A program made the translations under genes and the position numbers. The notes under the pieces are model-generated. The model worked only from the letters and a program-made list of their open reading frames with translations. It did not search any database and was not told the DNA's origin. A DNA stretch of 64,000 nucleotides, taken from an uncultured Gemmatimonadaceae bacterium (GTDB lineage Bacteria; Gemmatimonadota; Gemmatimonadetes; Gemmatimonadales; Gemmatimonadaceae). Shown here piece after piece: positions 59,006-64,000 of the stretch. The stretch is from positions 32,001 through 96,000 of the forward strand of contig CAWHHI010000020.1 in the NCBI GenBank assembly GCA_963829055.1, given 5' to 3'. The first letter of the stretch is position 1, and each line of letters opens with the position of its first letter.

Positions 59006-59342
59006 TCGCGTGACGCTGAACGGCTGTGCGTTCGGGAGTAACAACGTGATGTACGCCGCGTTCATGGACGCGCCATACACCACACCGATCAAACTTGGCG
59101 GCGTTGGTGGGCATAACAACAATCTCGTAACCGGGATTTCGCCGTCAGGTCAGTACATGGTGGGGCACGGCGTCACGTCGGGGAATGTCCAAGTTGGCGT
59201 GTACTGGGTCCCCTAACGTTGCGGACACCAGCAGATTCACGTTCGCGTGGACGATCGAAGAGGGGATTGGGCCGGCCTCTCGGCCGCGAGCAGATTGCGA
59301 GTCGACGTCGACCACGACGGAGCAGCAATCTAGTTTTCGCAC

Positions 59343-59735
59343 ATGTCCACCTCGACCCCAACTCCGTTCGAACAGCTTGGCGGCGATCCAGGCGTACGTC
59401 GTCTCGTCGATCGCTTCTACGACCTCGTCGACAGCGCGCCGGAAGCCGCGACCATCCGCCGGCTGCACGCCACGAGCCTCAAGGCATCGCGCGATAAGCT
59501 GCACCTGTATCTGATGATGTGGACGGGCGGCCCGCAGACCTACGTGGAGCGGAACGGGCACCCGCGCCTGCGCATGCGGCACTTCCCTTTTCAGATCGGC
59601 ACGCGCGAGCGTGATGAGTGGCTCTGGTGCATGGACCGCGCGCTGGATGAGCACGAGATGCCTGACGAGTTGCGCTCGCAGCTCCGGGAACGCTTCCACG
59701 CGCTCGCCGATCACATGCGGAACCAGGCGGAGTAA
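59343..59735 (+). CDS. Group II truncated haemoglobin (trHbO)
   Basis: FEQLGG, LVDRFYD, WTGGPQTY, GHPRLRMRHFPF, ERDEWL, LADHMRN. Confidence 0.93.
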   Translation: MSTSTPTPFEQLGGDPGVRRLVDRFYDLVDSAPEAATIRRLHATSLKASRDKLHLYLMMWTGGPQTYVERNGHPRLRMRHFPFQIGTRERDEWLWCMDRALDEHEMPDELRSQLRERFHALADHMRNQAE

Positions 59736-59740
59736 GGCCG

Positions 59741-60091
59741 GGAAACGGCAACTGCAACCGCAACGGCAAATTCAACTGCAACTGCAGGACAGGATGGCCA
59801 GGATGGACAGGATTGAACAGAGCCTCCGTGTCGCATTAAGGGCCCCTCCCACAACGAGCCCAGGATGAGGGGCACGGCCGCTCGGGACGCCACTCTCCCC
59901 GAGATGTGTTCCCCACATTCGTTAGGCCCCCGGCGACACGCGCTCGACGCCGAGGCAGTCATCTTCCCAATCCTGTCCATCCTGCCAATCCTGTCTTGCA
60001 GTTGCCGTTGCCGTTTCCAGCCCATGGCATGCAAAGCCGTCATCCTGCCAATCCTGTCCATCCCGGCCATCCTGTCCTGCAGTTGCTGTTC
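59741..60091. repeat. Inverted element built from 6-mer (GCAACT/G) and 9-mer (ACAGGATGG) microrepeats, family 4
   Basis: Left arm 59741-59815. Reverse-complement arms at 59969-60018 and 60042-60091. Confidence 0.75.
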
Positions 60092-60139
60092 ACGCTTTAG
60101 ATCCGGACTGATGCCTGATCCTGCGCGCGAACTGTGGTC

Positions 60140-60197
60140 TTGACTTTGGCACGCAGCGTCTATATTTAACCACTACGTTAATTAACCAACCGGTTCA
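60140..60197 (+). promoter_or_regulatory. Promoter and tandem ArsR operators
   Basis: TTGACT..TATATT/TATTTA, then TTAACC-N5-GTTAA and TTAACC-N4-GGTTCA. Confidence 0.65.
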
Positions 60198-60203
60198 CCG
60201 CGT

Positions 60204-60563
60204 ATGCCGACCGACCAACTGAGCATGACGTTCGCTGCCCTGGCCGACCCAACTCGACGCGCAATTCTCGCCCGGCTCATCACCGGCGAGCGCACCGTCA
60301 ATGAGTTGGCCGAGCCCTTCACGATGAGCCTGCCGGCCGTCTCGAAGCATCTGCGGGTGCTGGAGCGCGCGGGTCTCATCGCACGCGGCCGCGAGGCGCA
60401 GTGGCGACCGTGCCGCCTCGAAGCCACGCCGCTCAAGGAAGTCGCGGACTGGACCGAGCCCTATCGCGCGATCTGGGAAAAACGGTTCGATCGCCTCGAG
60501 ACCTACCTCCAACAACTCCAAACCAAGGAGAAGAGCAATGCCCGTCGGAAGCGTGGCAAATAG
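60204..60563 (+). CDS. ArsR/SmtB family transcriptional regulator
   Basis: TFAALADPTRRAIL, PAVSKHLRVLERAGLI, REAQWRPCRL. Confidence 0.93.
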   Translation: MPTDQLSMTFAALADPTRRAILARLITGERTVNELAEPFTMSLPAVSKHLRVLERAGLIARGREAQWRPCRLEATPLKEVADWTEPYRAIWEKRFDRLETYLQQLQTKEKSNARRKRGK

Positions 60564-61044
60564 CGAGAGCTTCAGGATGACGACGCCGTCGGATCTCGAG
60601 ATCCGGCTGACGCGCCTGTTCGACGCACCGCGTGCGCTCGTGTTCGAGGCAATGCACACCCCTGAGCATGTGAAACAGTGGTGGGGGTGCCTGGCCCAGG
60701 GCTATTCCGTTCCTGTCTGCGAGATCGACCTGCGTCCGGGCGGCGCGTGGCGGTTCGTCAACCGGCTGCCTAACGGCAAGGAGGTCGCGTTCCACGGCGT
60801 CTACCGCGAGATCGCACGGCCAGAACGCGTCGTGAACACGGAGATCTTCGAGGAGTATCCCGACGTCGAATCTCTCGTGACGACCGTGCTGACCGAGGAG
60901 AGCGGGAAGACACGACTTACCGTGACGGCGCGATATCCGTCGGCCGAAGTCCGCGACATCGTCCTCAAGTCCGGGATGGACAGAGGCGCCGCACTGAGCT
61001 ACGACCATCTCGAGGAAGTGGCAGCGGCCCTCAACGGGTCCTGA
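60538..61044 (+). CDS. SRPBCC/AHSA1 family protein
   Basis: TRLFDAPRALVF, EIDLRPGGAWR, FHGVYREI, SGMDRGA. Confidence 0.9.
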   Translation: MPVGSVANSESFRMTTPSDLEIRLTRLFDAPRALVFEAMHTPEHVKQWWGCLAQGYSVPVCEIDLRPGGAWRFVNRLPNGKEVAFHGVYREIARPERVVNTEIFEEYPDVESLVTTVLTEESGKTRLTVTARYPSAEVRDIVLKSGMDRGAALSYDHLEEVAAALNGS

Positions 61045-61066
61045 GCGGTCCGGAGCTCCAGTATCG

Positions 61067-61097
61067 CGGGGTGCGGCGCCTAACGCCGCACCCCGCT
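61067..61097. terminator. GC-rich hairpin between convergent genes
   Basis: GCGGGGTGCGGCG-CCTAA-CGCCGCACCCCGC. Confidence 0.65.
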
Positions 61098-61111
61098 CGA
61101 CCATCGTGCGC

Positions 61112-63736
61112 CTACTCGGCTCTGAGCGTCACACCCGGATCCGCTGCCGCGGCGCGCCGAGCCGGGATGTAGCTCGCGATCGCTGCGACACTCATCAACA
61201 GCGCCGCCGATCCCAGCAGGCTCGCCAGATCTCTCGGCGCCACGCCATACACCAGGTTGCTCATGACCCCGGACAGCGCGATCGCGAGCACCAGGCCGAT
61301 GATCGAGCCCGCGACCGCCATCGACGTCCCGTTCCATATCACGAGACGCGTGACGTCGCGACCCGTCGCGCCGAGCGCAACGCGAATCCCGAATTCACGC
61401 AAGCGTTGCGTGACGCCGTACGCGACGACGCCGTAGATCCCCACTGCCGCCAGCAGGAGCGCGACACCGCCGAATGACGCCATCAGGAGCGTCGTCAACT
61501 GGCGCTGCGCCAACGAACGATCGATGATCGCGGTCATCGTGCGGACGTTGTAGACGCTCTGCTCGGGATCGACAGAGCGTATCGCGTTGGCGACCGATGC
61601 AATGGACACTCCCGGCTCTGCCGCACTCCGGACCGCGAGCACCATCCGATCCTGTGTCCACTGCCGATAGCTCCAGTACACCTGCGGTAGCGGATCGACC
61701 TCCAACCCGACGGCGCGCACATGCGCCACGACGCCGATGACGGTCGTCCAGCGACCACCGCGCCACTCCGGTTCGCGAAAGCGCTTGCCGATGGCCGTCT
61801 CGCCTGGCCACATCGTTCGCGCGACGCGCTCATCGATGATCGCGACCGGGGGTGCGTTCGCGTCGTCGTGCTCGGTAAAGCCGCGACCCGCGATGAGCCG
61901 AATGCCGAGCGTCGCGAAGTAGTCGGGCGTCACCGTTCGCGTCTCGACGTTGGTCAGCTCGCTGGCCGTTCCCGCCGCGGTCTCGAAGTGCACCGGATTG
62001 GTCTGCTCACCGGAGAGCGGAATCCTGTTGGTCAGACTCGCATTCGCCACTCCGGGCACCGCGCGCACTGCTTCGATCAATCGCCCGTAGTAGTCGGCGA
62101 CTTCCTGATCCGAGGAATGCTTGCTGCGCGACACCTCGAGTGCCAGCGTCGCGACGCCGTCGGGTCTGAAGCCGGGGTCGACTTGCGCGACATTGAGCGC
62201 GCTCTTGAGCAGGAGGCTCGCGCCGGCGAGCAGCGGAAGCGCGAACGCGACCTGCGCGGCGACGCCGATGCGCCGCGCCGTCGCGCGCCCGCGCCCGGAC
62301 GTCGACGACCGACCTCCATCCTTCATGATCGTCGTGAAGTCGGACGCCCACGCGTGCGCGGCGGGCGCGATGCTCGCCGCGAAGCCGGTGATGACCAGCA
62401 GCGCGAGCGAGAAGGCAACGACCGGCGCGCTCAGTGAGATGTTCTCGACGCGCGGGAGTCCCGCCGGCGCGTTCGCCACGAACGCGCGGACCGCCCATTC
62501 GGCCATCGCCACGCCGACCGCCCCGCCTAACGCAAGCACCGGCACCGTCTCGGCGATGGCTTGCGCCATCAACCGTGCGCGTGAGGCGCCGAGCGCCAGT
62601 CGCAACGCGAACTCTCCGCTCCGAGCGGTGGCCCGCGCGCCGAACAGGTTCGAGAGATTCACGCACGCGATGAGCAGCAGGAACGCGACCGCGGCGAGCA
62701 GGAGCGCCAGGACGGGGCGAACGTCGCGCACGGCGTCGTCGAGCATCGAGTCCACCGTCATACCGAGCTCGGTGTCGGCGGTATTCGACGTCGTTAGGCG
62801 TGCAGCCAGCGCGGCGACCTCCTGGCGCGCACGACTCAGCGTCGCGGAGGGAGCGAGGCGGGCCACGACACGGTAATTGTCCGTCACCTGACGCGTGAGC
62901 TCACCGGGTTCCAGAACGAGCGGCACCCACGCCTGGTAGGCGCTCGACGGATACTGAAAGCTCGGTGGCATCACGCCGACGATCGTGTGCGGCGATCCGT
63001 TGAGACGAATCTCGCGGCCGACGATGGTAGAATCGGCGTTGAACCGGCCACGCCAGAGTGCGTCGCTCAACAGCACGACGTGCTCGCGGCCGGGTTGATC
63101 CTCGTCGCGAGCGAACGTCCGGCCCAGTGCCGCGGACACACCCAGTACCGAAAAAAGATTGGGTGAGACGCTCACGCCCTCGAGGCGTTGCGGTTCCCCG
63201 TCGCCGACGAGGTTGAGATTCACGTTCTCGAACAGCGCGACATCATCGAACACGCCGCGGAGCTGACGAAGCTCCATGGCGTCGGCCGCCGCCGGCAAGT
63301 TGCGAACGCCGTGTCTCGTCAACCAGACGCTGACGAGCCGGTCCGGCTCCCGAAAAGGGAGCGGCCGCAGCATCACGCCGTGGACGACGCTGAAGATCGC
63401 CGTTGCCGTGCCGATCCCTAACGCGACGATCGCGACGCCGGTGAGCCCGAACACTGGTGATTTGCCGAGGAGCCGCACGCCGAACCAAATGTCGCGGAGT
63501 ACCTGGCGCATGCTCGCGCCGGGTCGGTCGTCACGTGACTGTTCCTGCATCGTGTCGACGCTGCCGAACCGCAACCGCGCTTCGCGGCGGGCGGCCGCGG
63601 GAGACATCCCGCGGGCGACGTTCGCCTCGATCTCGCGCTCGACGTGAAACCGCATCTCGTCGGCGAGGTCCGCATCGATGCGCTCGCTCCGGAAGAGTGA
63701 CCGCCAGAGCATGAGAAGCTGGTGGATGATGCGCAC
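61112..63736 (-). CDS. ABC transporter permease, ADOP-type with N-terminal permease-prefix domain
   Basis: DLADEMRFHVERE, ALGIGTATAIFSV, LLIACVNLSNL, EFGIRVALGA, PARRAAAADPGVTLRAE. Confidence 0.93.
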   Translation of the reverse strand: MRIIHQLLMLWRSLFRSERIDADLADEMRFHVEREIEANVARGMSPAAARREARLRFGSVDTMQEQSRDDRPGASMRQVLRDIWFGVRLLGKSPVFGLTGVAIVALGIGTATAIFSVVHGVMLRPLPFREPDRLVSVWLTRHGVRNLPAAADAMELRQLRGVFDDVALFENVNLNLVGDGEPQRLEGVSVSPNLFSVLGVSAALGRTFARDEDQPGREHVVLLSDALWRGRFNADSTIVGREIRLNGSPHTIVGVMPPSFQYPSSAYQAWVPLVLEPGELTRQVTDNYRVVARLAPSATLSRARQEVAALAARLTTSNTADTELGMTVDSMLDDAVRDVRPVLALLLAAVAFLLLIACVNLSNLFGARATARSGEFALRLALGASRARLMAQAIAETVPVLALGGAVGVAMAEWAVRAFVANAPAGLPRVENISLSAPVVAFSLALLVITGFAASIAPAAHAWASDFTTIMKDGGRSSTSGRGRATARRIGVAAQVAFALPLLAGASLLLKSALNVAQVDPGFRPDGVATLALEVSRSKHSSDQEVADYYGRLIEAVRAVPGVANASLTNRIPLSGEQTNPVHFETAAGTASELTNVETRTVTPDYFATLGIRLIAGRGFTEHDDANAPPVAIIDERVARTMWPGETAIGKRFREPEWRGGRWTTVIGVVAHVRAVGLEVDPLPQVYWSYRQWTQDRMVLAVRSAAEPGVSIASVANAIRSVDPEQSVYNVRTMTAIIDRSLAQRQLTTLLMASFGGVALLLAAVGIYGVVAYGVTQRLREFGIRVALGATGRDVTRLVIWNGTSMAVAGSIIGLVLAIALSGVMSNLVYGVAPRDLASLLGSAALLMSVAAIASYIPARRAAAADPGVTLRAE

Positions 63737-63753
63737 TGAGCCCTCCTTTCCAA

Positions 63754-64000
63754 CTATGCGAGCCGCATAACGAGTGAGATCGCCGCCGACAATCGTTCCC
63801 AGTCGGCACGTTCCTTTTCCAGGCGACGTCGGCCCGGGGCGGTCAGTCGATAGAACCGGGCGCGTCTATTGTTTTCCGAGACGCCCCAATCGGCAGTGAT
63901 CCATCCCTGTCGCTCCAGTCGTTGAAGCGCCGGGTAGAGCGAGCCTTGATTGACGCGTAGCACGTCGCTCGACAGCAGCTGGATCCGCTGCGCGATCGCC
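63754..64000 (-). CDS. PadR family regulator (Acidobacterial type), partial, runs off window end
   Basis: [30 protein letters not shown]. Confidence 0.9.
   Translation of the reverse strand, partial: AIAQRIQLLSSDVLRVNQGSLYPALQRLERQGWITADWGVSENNRRARFYRLTAPGRRRLEKERADWERLSAAISLVMRLA

Noticed and set aside
440..63424. GTTAGGC/GCCTAAC as integron attC core sites (GTTRRRY/RYYYAAC)
   Set aside because: I found no GCCTAAC...GTTAGGC pair within attC distance forming a hairpin. Most copies are inside genes, and there is no integrase in the window.
1..64000. tRNA, rRNA, riboswitch or prophage genes
   Set aside because: None were recognisable by eye. An Infernal/tRNAscan run would be needed to exclude small RNAs.

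Overview
High-GC bacterial chromosomal accessory region, most likely Gemmatimonadota. This is inferred from two ADOP-type duplicated ABC permeases (one downstream of a PadR gene), 'LQASLGNAYTLERELGGGGM'-type Ser/Thr kinase-TPR genes and many lipoprotein hydrolases. It holds about 50 genes or gene remnants: secreted peptidases and amidohydrolases, ArsR-SRPBCC pairs, an ECF41 sigma factor, LuxR regulators, a two-component system, HicAB, an SBP56/methanethiol-oxidase homologue, a multicopper oxidase and a truncated haemoglobin. No rRNA, tRNA or CRISPR array was seen. Roughly 20 genes carry frameshifts, probably partly from long-read errors, and several stretches are mosaics of gene remnants. Four signals stand out. 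(1) A non-palindromic octamer CGTTAGGC/GCCTAACG occurs about 50 times by hand count, against about 2-3 expected, on both strands and in several reading frames, forcing rare codons. (2) A MerB-like lyase has an in-frame UGA where the second catalytic Cys is expected, followed by a SECIS-like hairpin, making it a candidate selenoprotein. (3) A REP-associated tyrosine transposase has CTCGAG-centred palindromic REPs dispersed through the window. (4) At least three further families of intergenic inverted-repeat elements are present.
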